NCBI GenBank assembly: GCA_002493635.1 | Contig: DKZL01000050.1 | Location: 3,516-67,515 of the forward strand | Direction: 5' to 3' | DNA: 64,000 nucleotides | Origin: Ruminococcaceae bacterium UBA7075 | Lineage (GTDB): Bacteria > Bacillota > Clostridia > Oscillospirales > Acutalibacteraceae | Shown here: positions 38,537 through 48,205 of the stretch, in pieces | Numbering within the stretch: the first letter of the stretch is position 1 | Layout: the number at the start of each line of letters is the position of its first letter | Made by a program: the position numbers and the translations under genes | Notes under the pieces: generated by a model | Database searches by the model: none | Told to the model about the DNA's origin: nothing | The model's input: only the letters and a program-made list of their open reading frames with translations

Positions 38537-38565
38537 ATTATAAGGTTTTTTTACTAAAAAGTCAA
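38537..38565 (-). promoter_or_regulatory. Sigma-A promoter of secDF
   Basis: TTGACT-17nt-TATAAT. Confidence 0.7.
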
Positions 38566-38637
38566 TGGATTGATAAATATTTCATAAAAAAATATTTATC
38601 TTTATCAAAAATTACATTGTATTTTGATAAATAGGAA

Positions 38638-39927
38638 TTATTTGCCTAAAATTTTCTCACAAGCAGCAAGTTTTGTACAAACGCAAAATACTTTCATTGC
38701 TTCCAAAAGCTCGCTGTTTGGCGGGAATGAAGGAGCAATTCTTATATTTTTATCATAGGGGTCGTTACCGTTGGGATAGGTTGCACCTGCGCCTGTAAGA
38801 ACAACACCTGCTTCTTTACAAAGCGCAACAACTCTTTTTGCTGTTCCCTCGAGTACATCAACACTCACAAAGTAACCGCCGTTTGGATTCGTCCATGAGC
38901 CTATGCCAACAGGCTTAAGTTCCTTTTCAAGCATATCAACTACAATTTTAAACTTAGGAGCAAGCACATCCCTGTGTTTTTTCATATGCTCAAGCACACC
39001 GTCGTAGTTTTTGAAAAACAAAACATGACGAAGCATATTAAGCTTATCATAGCTGATTACCTCATAATTATATCTCTTCTTGAATACAGCCATATTAGCT
39101 TCAGAAGCAGCCATTGCTGCTACACCTGCACCCGGGAATGTAACTTTTGAAGTAGATGTAAACACAATCGGAAGATCAGGATTACCTGCTTTATCACACT
39201 CATCCATAATATTCAAAAGTGAATCCGGAGTATCTGTAACATCGTGAATAACATAAGCGTTATCCCACATAATTCTGAAATCCTTTGCCTTAGGCTTTAA
39301 CGCAGCAAATCTCTTCACAACTTCGTCACTGTATGTTATACCTGTCGGATTTGAATATTTCGGCACACACCAGATACCCTTGATTGAATCATCTTCAGCT
39401 ACAAGCTTTTCAATCATATCCATATCAGGACCGTTCTCGTCCATTGGAACAGGAATCATATCAAAGCCGTAATACTCAGTTATACCGAAATGACGGTCAT
39501 ATCCCGGAACAGGACACAAAAACTTTCTGTCCTTAACTTCGTACCATGGCTTGCAGCCGTCAGCTATTGAAGTTGTCATCATACAAGTAATTGTATCAAA
39601 CATCATATTAAGGCTTGAACTGCCGCCAACCATAACCTTTGTATAATCAGTGCCGAGGATGTCTGCAAAAAGTTTTCTGCACTCTGTAATGCCCTCCAGA
39701 ACACCATAGTTTCTGCAATCCATTCCGTCATCTCCGACAAATACCGATGTGCTGTTTAAAACATCAAGCATAGGAAGTGAAAGATCAAGCTGCTCCTTAC
39801 CCGGCTTGCCACGAGCCATATTCAGATTAAGACCGTGTCCCTTAATATCCTCAAACTGTTTTACAAGCTCGGAATATTCTTTTTCCAAAACTTCCTTATT
39901 GCAATTCTTGTAATCCAAATTACCCAT
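38638..39927 (-). CDS. PLP-dependent class I/II aminotransferase (Asp_aminotransf/Rv3722c-like)
   Basis: LNMARGKP, PGYDRHF, VPKYSNPTG, WDNAY, STSK(PLP-Lys)VTFPGAG. Confidence 0.9.
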   Translation of the reverse strand: MGNLDYKNCNKEVLEKEYSELVKQFEDIKGHGLNLNMARGKPGKEQLDLSLPMLDVLNSTSVFVGDDGMDCRNYGVLEGITECRKLFADILGTDYTKVMVGGSSSLNMMFDTITCMMTTSIADGCKPWYEVKDRKFLCPVPGYDRHFGITEYYGFDMIPVPMDENGPDMDMIEKLVAEDDSIKGIWCVPKYSNPTGITYSDEVVKRFAALKPKAKDFRIMWDNAYVIHDVTDTPDSLLNIMDECDKAGNPDLPIVFTSTSKVTFPGAGVAAMAASEANMAVFKKRYNYEVISYDKLNMLRHVLFFKNYDGVLEHMKKHRDVLAPKFKIVVDMLEKELKPVGIGSWTNPNGGYFVSVDVLEGTAKRVVALCKEAGVVLTGAGATYPNGNDPYDKNIRIAPSFPPNSELLEAMKVFCVCTKLAACEKILGK

Positions 39928-39981
39928 CTCCTTGAAAAAATCAAAAGAAATAATTCAAATATTACTTTTATTTCCCAATAT

Positions 39982-40010
39982 ATTTTACTCTATACGCAGA
40001 AAAAATGCAA
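39982..40010 (-). promoter_or_regulatory. Sigma-A promoter of the aminotransferase
   Basis: TTGCAT-17nt-TAAAAT. Confidence 0.55.
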
Positions 40011-40088
40011 GTCTTTTTTTAAAACTTGCATTTTTAAGCATTTTGCAACAAAACTAAATTCAAATAAATTTCTCTTTTTGTAACAAAT

Positions 40089-40823
40089 TTAATAATATTG
40101 GTAGTAGTAATATTTCTTTTTGCCTTTACGTGCACTAATATCGCAACCAACCTCAACCAAACCGAGAACCTTTGTATCGGCAAGCTTCATACTTTCAAGC
40201 AGCTTACTGAGGTCTCGATGAGTAGTAACCTTTTCTCTGACAACAACAACAAAACCGGCAATCAGGTCTTTTAGCAGCAGAGCATCGGCAACGACTCCTA
40301 CAGGCGGAGTGTCAATGATTATATATTCATATTTCTCGGTGAGCTTCTCAATCATCTTAATAAATGAATTTGAACACATAAGCTCTGACGGATTAGGCGG
40401 AATTGTTCCGGCAACTAAAACATCCAAATCAGTAATGACATCACATTTTACTGCTTCTTCAAATGAAATCATTTTACTTACTACATTTGACAATCCGGCA
40501 GAATTATTCAATTTAAAAATATTATGAATATTCGAACGTCGCATATCAGCGTCAATCAGCAACACTTTCTTGCCCATTTTTGAAAATGAAATTGCAAGGT
40601 TAGAGGAAGCTGTACTTTTACCCTCCCCTTTTGAATAACTGGTTACAGCAAAGACTTTCTTCTCGTTTGCAGCAAGAGAAAACATAATATTCGTCCTTGC
40701 TACCTTATAAGATTCAACAATCGCAAATTTATTTTTGTCAGACAGATTTGCAACATTTACACTGTTTTTGTTTGAATTTTTGGCAGATGCTATGTTTTTA
40801 TCCTTTTTCTTACCTATTTTCAT
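40089..40823 (-). CDS. cpsD: BY-kinase CpsD/CapB (tyrosine-protein kinase)
   Basis: TS...GEGKST, LIDADMR, IIDTPP; C-terminal Tyr cluster YYYYQYY; start at ATG 40823. Confidence 0.92.
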   Translation of the reverse strand: MKIGKKKDKNIASAKNSNKNSVNVANLSDKNKFAIVESYKVARTNIMFSLAANEKKVFAVTSYSKGEGKSTASSNLAISFSKMGKKVLLIDADMRRSNIHNIFKLNNSAGLSNVVSKMISFEEAVKCDVITDLDVLVAGTIPPNPSELMCSNSFIKMIEKLTEKYEYIIIDTPPVGVVADALLLKDLIAGFVVVVREKVTTHRDLSKLLESMKLADTKVLGLVEVGCDISARKGKKKYYYYQYY

Positions 40824-40837
40824 ACAAATCACCTATC

Positions 40838-41512
40838 TTAAGATTCAAAATCAGGAATTTCTGCAAACACAGGTATTCCATATATACCCTGAATATCGTC
40901 ATCAACTCTGATTGTTGTATCAACAAGCTCAAGTAAAATTGAGATTGCGCAAGCCAGAACAAAACCGACAGCCAAACCAATCATACAATTTTTCACATTA
41001 TTAGGAGAATCAGGAGAACCAGGAACATTAGCCTCTCTTATCGTTCTCATCTGACCGTACGCCATATGTTCCACAAATACTTCCTTTGACTGGTCAGCAA
41101 GCTGATTTGCAACATTAGCGCATTTTTGCGGATCGTGTCCGGATACTGAAAAGGTAATAAAAAACGAATCACTTTCAATAGATATATTAACATTACACCC
41201 ATCATACAAAGAAGTAAGCTCAGAGCTGTTTTTAAAGAGAATTACGCAAATTTTTGCAAGGTTTGCAGAACCGCTGATGTCAGAACCATAAATTTTGCCA
41301 TTAACCTCATTTGCACTTTGCCCATCTTTTGTATGAGCATTATAATTCAGAACCGAAACCATTGACGATGTACTGTATACCGGCTGAATAATAAAAATAG
41401 AATAACTAAAAAATAACAAACCGCCTATAATTGTCAGTAAAATAATAAATTTTAATCTTCTAAGCAAAATTTCAATAATCTTTTGAACAGTTATATTCTT
41501 AGCAACTGACAT
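40838..41512 (-). CDS. cpsC: Polysaccharide co-polymerase CpsC/Wzz (BY-kinase activator)
   Basis: Two TM helices, P.Y.., P..P.SPN, D.TI...DD....GIPV..EIP. Confidence 0.88.
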   Translation of the reverse strand: MSVAKNITVQKIIEILLRRLKFIILLTIIGGLLFFSYSIFIIQPVYSTSSMVSVLNYNAHTKDGQSANEVNGKIYGSDISGSANLAKICVILFKNSSELTSLYDGCNVNISIESDSFFITFSVSGHDPQKCANVANQLADQSKEVFVEHMAYGQMRTIREANVPGSPDSPNNVKNCMIGLAVGFVLACAISILLELVDTTIRVDDDIQGIYGIPVFAEIPDFES

Positions 41513-41597
41513 TTTGATTCTCCTCCGTATAATATTATAGAATCAGACAAAATTAGTCATTATATATATTCTAATTAATTATATAATATAAGCAAAA

Positions 41598-41626
41598 AAC
41601 TATAATTCTATAATAGAATTATAGTT
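41598..41626. promoter_or_regulatory. Perfect 29 bp palindrome upstream of cpsC (operator candidate)
   Basis: AACTATAATTCTAT-A-ATAGAATTATAGTT. Confidence 0.45.
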
Positions 41627-41739
41627 CAAAAATAAAGCTAAAACACATCTTTTTCATAGAATCATTCAAAGTGAAACTTCTTCAGCACAAAATTATATTA
41701 AATATGCCGATTGCTGAAAATTCATGTTTCTGTTATATT

Positions 41740-41780
41740 AAAATGTCCCTCGCCACAATATCGGACGAGGGACATTTTTT
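41740..41780. terminator. Terminator after oadB (possibly bidirectional)
   Basis: AAAATGTCCCTCG...CGAGGGACATTTT stem with T-runs on both strands. Confidence 0.75.
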
Positions 41781-41793
41781 ATGAATAATAATT

Positions 41794-43044
41794 TTATCCT
41801 ACAACATTGAGGAGTACACCGGCAGCAACAGCTGAACCAATAACACCTGCAACGTTCGGACCCATTGCATGCATAAGCAGGAAGTTGCCGGGATTTTCCT
41901 GCTGACCAACCTTCTGAGCCACACGTGCAGCCATTGGAACGGCAGATACACCAGCCGAACCGATAAGCGGATTAACCTTGCCGCCTGTAGCCTTATACAT
42001 AATCTTACCAAAGAGCACACCAAATGCAGTACCCATACAGAAAGCTATAAGACCAAGAGCAATAATCTTGAGTGTAGCAAGTGTAAGGAAGTTCTGACCT
42101 GATGCAGTAGCACCGACAGTAGTACCGAGGAATATTGTAATAATATTCATAAGCTCATTCTGAGCAGTCTTTGCAATTCTTTCTACAACGCCCGACTCCT
42201 TGAAGAGATTACCGAGCATAAGCATACCAACAAGCGGAGCTGCATCCGGAAGGAAGATTGCAATAAGAATTACAACAATAACAGGGAACATTATCTTCTC
42301 AAGCTTAGATACCGGACGAAGCTGCTCCATAACTACCGAACGCTCTTTCTTTGTTGTGAGAGCCTTCATTATAGGAGGCTGAATAATAGGAACAAGAGCC
42401 ATATATGAATATGCAGCGATAGCAATAGAACCGAGCAAATGAGGTGCAAGCTTTGTTGTAACAAAGATAGCAGTAGGACCGTCAGCACCGCCGATAATAC
42501 CGATAGCACCTGATTCTGCCTCGGTAAAACCTAAGAAGATAGCACCTGTAAATGTAACGAAAATACCAATCTGAGCTGCTGCACCGAGGATAAGGCTCTT
42601 CGGATTTGAAATGAGCGGACCAAAGTCTGTCATACATCCGATGCCAAGGAAGATAAGCGGCGGATAAATGCCAAGCTTTACACCCTGATAAAGATACCAA
42701 AGCAAGCCGCCGTATGTCGGATAGTCTACATATTGAACACCGTTAAGTGTAGTAATCTGGTATTGAATTGAGCTTATATCTGTTCCCGGATGCGATTGCA
42801 GATATTCATTTAAAGGAATCATATCAGTTGCAGGGGCAGCCATAATACCGGGATAAAGGTTTACTAAAAGCATACCAAATGCAATCGGCAGCAAAAGCAA
42901 TGGTTCATACTGTTTCTTAATTGCAAGATACAAAAGAACAATTGAAACGCCAATCATTATGTAATTCTGCCAATTCAGAACCGTCAGACCTGAACTTTGG
43001 ATTATGCCTTGTACGGCTTCAACAAAGCCATTTAAAATTTCCAT
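41794..43044 (-). CDS. oadB: Na+-translocating decarboxylase beta subunit
   Basis: EPLLLLPI.FG, GIIGGADGPTAIF, AYSYMALVP, GSAGVSAVPMAAR, HAMGPNVAG. Confidence 0.95.
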   Translation of the reverse strand: MEILNGFVEAVQGIIQSSGLTVLNWQNYIMIGVSIVLLYLAIKKQYEPLLLLPIAFGMLLVNLYPGIMAAPATDMIPLNEYLQSHPGTDISSIQYQITTLNGVQYVDYPTYGGLLWYLYQGVKLGIYPPLIFLGIGCMTDFGPLISNPKSLILGAAAQIGIFVTFTGAIFLGFTEAESGAIGIIGGADGPTAIFVTTKLAPHLLGSIAIAAYSYMALVPIIQPPIMKALTTKKERSVVMEQLRPVSKLEKIMFPVIVVILIAIFLPDAAPLVGMLMLGNLFKESGVVERIAKTAQNELMNIITIFLGTTVGATASGQNFLTLATLKIIALGLIAFCMGTAFGVLFGKIMYKATGGKVNPLIGSAGVSAVPMAARVAQKVGQQENPGNFLLMHAMGPNVAGVIGSAVAAGVLLNVVG

Positions 43045-43074
43045 AAATATCGTCCTTTCCCAAAAACTTTTGCC

Positions 43075-43500
43075 TTAAAACGGGCGGGTATTATCAAGTA
43101 AACCGGCATTTGCCCATGCAGAACGACCGCCGCTTGACTTTTTAATACTTTTTATTCTTGCTTTTTCGGGAGAGCCGTACATTGTTGCCACAGCAGCCGA
43201 AATTACAGCAACTACCTCTTCACTCACTCCGTCCTGTGCAACAGGTGCAGGCGCAGCTTTAACAGGTGTTACAGAAACAGGTGCAGCCTTTTGTTTCTCA
43301 ACAACCTTCTTTTTCTTGTTGCCGGACTGTTGAGCCTTTGTGACAATACCGCCGTAGATTTTAATAATGAAAATCAAAAGAACCAGCACCGCAAAAACTA
43401 CAACAAATCCTGTAAGAACAACCTTAGCCGAGGCAATACCTTTTTCTGCCAATGAAAGTTCAGCAGTGTTCGCCAGAACAGCGAGGTCTGAAAAATTCAT
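43075..43500 (-). CDS. oadG: Na+-translocating decarboxylase gamma/delta subunit (OadG family)
   Basis: TM G..VVF.VL, Ala/Pro linker, EVVAVISAAV, W...G tail. Confidence 0.88.
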   Translation of the reverse strand: MNFSDLAVLANTAELSLAEKGIASAKVVLTGFVVVFAVLVLLIFIIKIYGGIVTKAQQSGNKKKKVVEKQKAAPVSVTPVKAAPAPVAQDGVSEEVVAVISAAVATMYGSPEKARIKSIKKSSGGRSAWANAGLLDNTRPF

Positions 43501-43536
43501 AATACAACCCCCATATTAGTTTTAATATACTTTATT

Positions 43537-43565
43537 ATTATACTTTATTCAAATATTTTTTTCAA
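43537..43565 (-). promoter_or_regulatory. Sigma-A promoter of oadGB
   Basis: TTGAAA-17nt-TATAAT. Confidence 0.6.
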
Positions 43566-43782
43566 TAACAAATCTAATCTGAAAATCATTTTGTTGAAGT
43601 TATATAATTTTTTAGTAACTCATTCATTAATTTTAGAATGTTGTTCGCAAGTTAAATATTTACTCGGTGGTTTATTAATTCTTACAGAAAAACAATTGCA
43701 TTATTAAAACTCAGCAAGCGGTGTTTTAGTACAAAATCTTCATTACTATCAATGATTTTTATCTGATATGTCAGATAACTAG

Positions 43783-43825
43783 AAAAGCCGTATTTTGATA
43801 TAATTCATATCAAAATACGACTTTT
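43783..43825. terminator. Terminator closing the polysaccharide locus
   Basis: AAAAGCCGTATTTTGATAT/ATATCAAAATACGACTTTT 19 bp arms. Confidence 0.75.
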
Positions 43826-43833
43826 ATTTGCTT

Positions 43834-45015
43834 TTACAAACCTATTTCTTTATAGATACGCTTCAGTTTTAATACTTCCTCAGTGTCTGTATTCATTATG
43901 CTTTTTGCCTCTTTGGCATGGGAACCCCAAGTATCTTTGGTTCTGATAAATCGATGTACCCACGCAACAGGCAAAAGCCAATGACGTCCCTGCAAATATG
44001 TGTAGCGATTTTCAATGCTTGCGGCACTTGGAAACAATCTGTTAGCAAATGCACTGACCCTCGAAATACTCTCTTTATTACTTTTTTGCTTTTTCAATGA
44101 AATTAAACCGGAATCACGACCAACAAATCCAAATGTACCGCCGGACAAAGTAAATTCCATAAAATCTTCAATTACTTGTGCATCTATCTCATTCAGAATA
44201 ATCGGCAAATCTACGCCGAAATACACATTTACAATCGTCAGCACCATATTTGCAAAATCAGAAAATGCTAATTTTTCTAATTCAGCCTGAATATATTTCC
44301 AATCAAGTTCATTGCTAAAGTGCTGTATAAACACGGCAATATCCATATACATTCGGATACCTGCGCCTGAACCACTGATATGCTTTGCAATGTGTGTAAG
44401 CAAATAAAGGAAATGAAACTCGGGTGACAACTCATAGGTGTGTTCATCGGTCAAATGTGCGTGCTCCCAAACGTGCCTAAAATAATCTTTATAGTCTGCC
44501 TTGTCAGAAACGTCCACTTCCATAACATCAGTGTGAATTTCATAATATTCAACTCCACGCCGATAGCTGAAAACAGGCTCCCAGTCTGTTTTTCTTTCAA
44601 ATCCCTGTTGCATCATCAGCTCATCACTCTTGCTACGGTCTTTTGGATGGATAAGAAAATCAATATCGCCAAAGGTTCTTAATTCAGGAACAGGATAATA
44701 ATCCTTTATTATATATCCTTTAAAGAGAAGATGATCAATTTTCTTGCTGTTCATCTTCCCGATTAGTTGTTTCATACTTTCTGAACGTTGAGAAATAAGC
44801 GTAATTGTCTGCAAGCATTGCTTTTTCATAAAATCGGCTACCTGCGAATTTGACTCATCAGGATAGCTCATTACCATAAAGCCCAATATTCCCATAACGG
44901 AATGAATCTTTGCGAGTTTAATCAGCTTTGTCCAATCTCCGTGAAATTCTCCAGGATTTTCACCAAGAACAAAGCCTTTTAATACTTTGAGCAAGTAAAC
45001 TGATTCTTCGTTCAT
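43834..45015 (-). CDS. Uncharacterised nucleotidyltransferase (NTP_transf_5 family)
   Basis: LLFKG....YYP.PELR..GDIDFLI, EIH, H..KH....G.G.R...D. Confidence 0.85.
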   Translation of the reverse strand: MNEESVYLLKVLKGFVLGENPGEFHGDWTKLIKLAKIHSVMGILGFMVMSYPDESNSQVADFMKKQCLQTITLISQRSESMKQLIGKMNSKKIDHLLFKGYIIKDYYPVPELRTFGDIDFLIHPKDRSKSDELMMQQGFERKTDWEPVFSYRRGVEYYEIHTDVMEVDVSDKADYKDYFRHVWEHAHLTDEHTYELSPEFHFLYLLTHIAKHISGSGAGIRMYMDIAVFIQHFSNELDWKYIQAELEKLAFSDFANMVLTIVNVYFGVDLPIILNEIDAQVIEDFMEFTLSGGTFGFVGRDSGLISLKKQKSNKESISRVSAFANRLFPSAASIENRYTYLQGRHWLLPVAWVHRFIRTKDTWGSHAKEAKSIMNTDTEEVLKLKRIYKEIGL

Positions 45016-45063
45016 ATTATTTCAATAATTCCCTTTCCGGTCCGTAAATATATCGGTCTTGAT

Positions 45064-46035
45064 TTACTTAATAATTCGCCTTCCTACCAAAAAAGGAAGA
45101 TATTTGTCTATTAAATATACTACCGGCATCTCAAACAAAATAATACCGACTAATAATTCAATTCCATACACAATACTGCTGCCTGCCATAATCGGAATAA
45201 GCACAGGCATTGCATAAATTACCAACTGGTGAGTACCCATTATTGTTAAAGTATGATTACCAATATTGGTAATCATCTTGCAATGCAATATTCGGGAAAT
45301 ACCAATGATAAGAAGCGTACCGCTGATTCCGCCTATTACCAATGTAATAGGATTATTAACAGTACAGGTATAATAGTCATTCCCACCAAACTTCAGGCTG
45401 AAAACTGCAACAGCCCCCGTCAAAAGCAAAGATGCCGACATCCACATAATGCTTTTGGTTTTCTCTGACTGAAACAGATTTTTTCCAAAATTACCAATCA
45501 TAATAAAGCCATATGCAAGCATTCCTCGCTCAATCACAATCATAAGCTGATTTTCAAATTCAAACATAGGAATAATAAAACAAATGACAGTCGAAACAAT
45601 TCCAAACACTCGATTCGGATGCTTAATATATATCAAGTACAACAGACTTCCCAAGAACATAGCCACAAGAAACCAGTCAGCACCTGTATTGCAGCGAACA
45701 GTTACCATATTATAAATACCTTTAATCAAGTTTTGCTTTGCAAAAAAAGCTTTCCAGACAATTCCGATTATTTCAAAAAACAAATACGGTACAATTAATG
45801 AATAAATCCTTTTTACAATAAAATCCTTAACTGATGCGCTTTTCCACTTTTCATTATTCATCAGAACACCGTGAATTATAAAAAAAGCCGACATATGAAA
45901 AGCATATATAAACTCCTGAATAACTGAAAAATATAACTTGTCATACTGAGGATTGAGTACAATTAAAATATGACCCAGCACAACAAGGAAAATCAAATAT
46001 GCTTTTGAGGTATCAAAATAATCTATTCTTTTCAT
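45064..46035 (-). CDS. Acyltransferase_3 family membrane O-acyltransferase
   Basis: R..Y.D..K...I.LVVLGH, Y.FHM..FF...G, WFL; start at ATG 46035. Confidence 0.88.
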   Translation of the reverse strand: MKRIDYFDTSKAYLIFLVVLGHILIVLNPQYDKLYFSVIQEFIYAFHMSAFFIIHGVLMNNEKWKSASVKDFIVKRIYSLIVPYLFFEIIGIVWKAFFAKQNLIKGIYNMVTVRCNTGADWFLVAMFLGSLLYLIYIKHPNRVFGIVSTVICFIIPMFEFENQLMIVIERGMLAYGFIMIGNFGKNLFQSEKTKSIMWMSASLLLTGAVAVFSLKFGGNDYYTCTVNNPITLVIGGISGTLLIIGISRILHCKMITNIGNHTLTIMGTHQLVIYAMPVLIPIMAGSSIVYGIELLVGIILFEMPVVYLIDKYLPFLVGRRIIK

Positions 46036-46085
46036 TTTATTATCCACGACCCCTTTCCAAAAGCACAAACACAATTCAAATTTTA

Positions 46086-46958
46086 TTACGTATAAGGTAC
46101 CACATCAACAACAACTATCTCCGGCGGATTATTAAGTCTGGGAATATTGTGTTCAGAACCAAGCCCGGTTGATAAAACACATTTTGCCTGTGTTCCCGAG
46201 AATAGCCCTTTAGTATACGGCGGAAACCAACCGACATATGGAGCATATAAGCCTTGGTCAATTATAGGAATACGAATTGCTCCTCCATGATAGTGTCCTG
46301 AAAATACAATGTCAACAGGATATATATTGATATAATCCCAATCCACCCATTGTGTAGGGATATGATTAATTAATATTTTTAGTCTGTCTGTATTCTCAAA
46401 ATCATTTGCAAAATCAAGCTCTGATTTCTTTTGCACATCATCCTGAGTAAACATACCAGGCTGACGATAGTAACCCATATAGCCGCCGATTCTTAGCTCT
46501 GAATCATTTACAGATACATCACGATAGGAATTATTCAGAACAACTGCACCTGCTTGCGTCAATTTATCTTCTAAATCAGTGCCAAAGCTTTCAATCCAGT
46601 CTACCTCATGATTTCCATAACCGTAATAAATGGGTGCTGCATCGCTCAGAGAAGAAATCAAGTCGGTTATAATATCAAGATTTTCTTCATCTCTGTTTAT
46701 CATATCACCACTCATTACAATTAAATCAGGAGATTGCTTTTTTACTAAATCTATCAATTCCTCATTATTATCACCAAATTCAGCATTATGCAGGTCAGAC
46801 AGTTGAAGAATCCTGATAGAAGACGTTACCGATTCCTCAACAGTATATTCGTTAATGGTCAGACTTTTTGATGATATGTAAAAATATCCGACTGTAACTA
46901 CGATTACAAATAAAAATACAAACGATAGAATCAGTACAAAACGGATTATTTTTCTCAT
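46086..46958 (-). CDS. Membrane-anchored calcineurin-like metallophosphoesterase (YkuE-like)
   Basis: SDLH, GD, GNHE, GHYHGG; N-terminal TM. Confidence 0.88.
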   Translation of the reverse strand: MRKIIRFVLILSFVFLFVIVVTVGYFYISSKSLTINEYTVEESVTSSIRILQLSDLHNAEFGDNNEELIDLVKKQSPDLIVMSGDMINRDEENLDIITDLISSLSDAAPIYYGYGNHEVDWIESFGTDLEDKLTQAGAVVLNNSYRDVSVNDSELRIGGYMGYYRQPGMFTQDDVQKKSELDFANDFENTDRLKILINHIPTQWVDWDYINIYPVDIVFSGHYHGGAIRIPIIDQGLYAPYVGWFPPYTKGLFSGTQAKCVLSTGLGSEHNIPRLNNPPEIVVVDVVPYT

Positions 46959-47077
46959 TTTTTCTCCTGTTGAAGTCTAAAATATCTTGATAAATTAAAT
47001 TATCATTTGTAAGGAATTTCCGTAGCACAGATATGAAAAATTTTCTTGATTTATTATTTTGGAAACTCTCTATGCTT

Positions 47078-48166
47078 TTATCTTGATAATTTTCTGACAG
47101 TTTTGTCTTTGACTGCTGTCACCACATTTAAAATACCGTTTTTTATTTTGTACTTAAATAAATTACCGTCTAATACATAATTTATAATATTATTAATTCT
47201 CAAAACCATGCCTTTAGGAAAATTTAAATACATTAAATTATTTTCTTTTTTTAAGCTTTTTAGATTCATTCTCATGAAATCTTTATCAACAATTTCTTTA
47301 TTAAATAAATCTCTGTACTCATTACAATCAAAAGTCTCTTTTTTATAATATACTTTCATCTCATGATACATTATCATATAATAAATAGCAGAAAAGTGCT
47401 CACAAAGATAATCCAAATCAGGATATCTTTTATAGTGTACCAATACAGCCTTTGCCAGTTCATTAAAGCGATTCAAATTACTTTTCTTAATATCATTTCC
47501 CATAATAGAATCATTTCGTCTCAAATAATTATAAAGGCAATCTTTCATTGCATACATCGTCTTAGTATGAACAATATAGCACAAATTGAAATACATATCC
47601 TCAGCAAAAATTCTGCTGTTGTCTTCAAATCTAAGCCCATATTTTTCAATTATATCTCTTCGATAAATTCTTGACCATGCTTCCCAGCCAACACGCCAAT
47701 TCATAAATATTCTTAAAATAAAAGCGAGATAATCATCTTGCTTTTCAAACTTAAATTCTTTACCGGCGTCTGAATGAGTGAGAGCAGATACATTTTCATC
47801 TTCATCAATAATATTAAGACCAAACGATACAATATCGTAACCTTTTATTATAGTATTGTAAGCTTTCTCCAATAAATCAGGTTCAACAAAATCATCGCTG
47901 TCAACAAATATAATATATTGTCCGGTTGCATAATCTAACCCGGCATTTCTTGCATCAGATAACCCGCCGTTTTCTTTATGTATAACATAAATACGATTAT
48001 CTTTTTCTGCATACTCATCACATATTCTGCCACAATTATCAGGACTTCCGTCATCAACAAGTATCAGTTCAAAATCAGTAAAGGTTTGATTAAGAATACT
48101 GTCAACGCATCTTTTTAAATATCTTTCAACTTTGTATATTGGAACTATAATGCTAATTTCGCACAT
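47078..48166 (-). CDS. Glycosyltransferase family 2
   Basis: IIVPIYK, LVDDGSPD, SDARNAG, FVDSDD. Confidence 0.92.
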   Translation of the reverse strand: MCEISIIVPIYKVERYLKRCVDSILNQTFTDFELILVDDGSPDNCGRICDEYAEKDNRIYVIHKENGGLSDARNAGLDYATGQYIIFVDSDDFVEPDLLEKAYNTIIKGYDIVSFGLNIIDEDENVSALTHSDAGKEFKFEKQDDYLAFILRIFMNWRVGWEAWSRIYRRDIIEKYGLRFEDNSRIFAEDMYFNLCYIVHTKTMYAMKDCLYNYLRRNDSIMGNDIKKSNLNRFNELAKAVLVHYKRYPDLDYLCEHFSAIYYMIMYHEMKVYYKKETFDCNEYRDLFNKEIVDKDFMRMNLKSLKKENNLMYLNFPKGMVLRINNIINYVLDGNLFKYKIKNGILNVVTAVKDKTVRKLSR

Positions 48167-48205
48167 TTTTATTTTCCTTCCCTAATTATAGGTATAACTA
48201 CAAAC

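Noticed and set aside
43834-45015. Lasso-peptide/RiPP cluster or toxin-antitoxin nucleotidyltransferase
   Set aside because: No precursor, cyclase, RRE, peptidase or HEPN partner nearby
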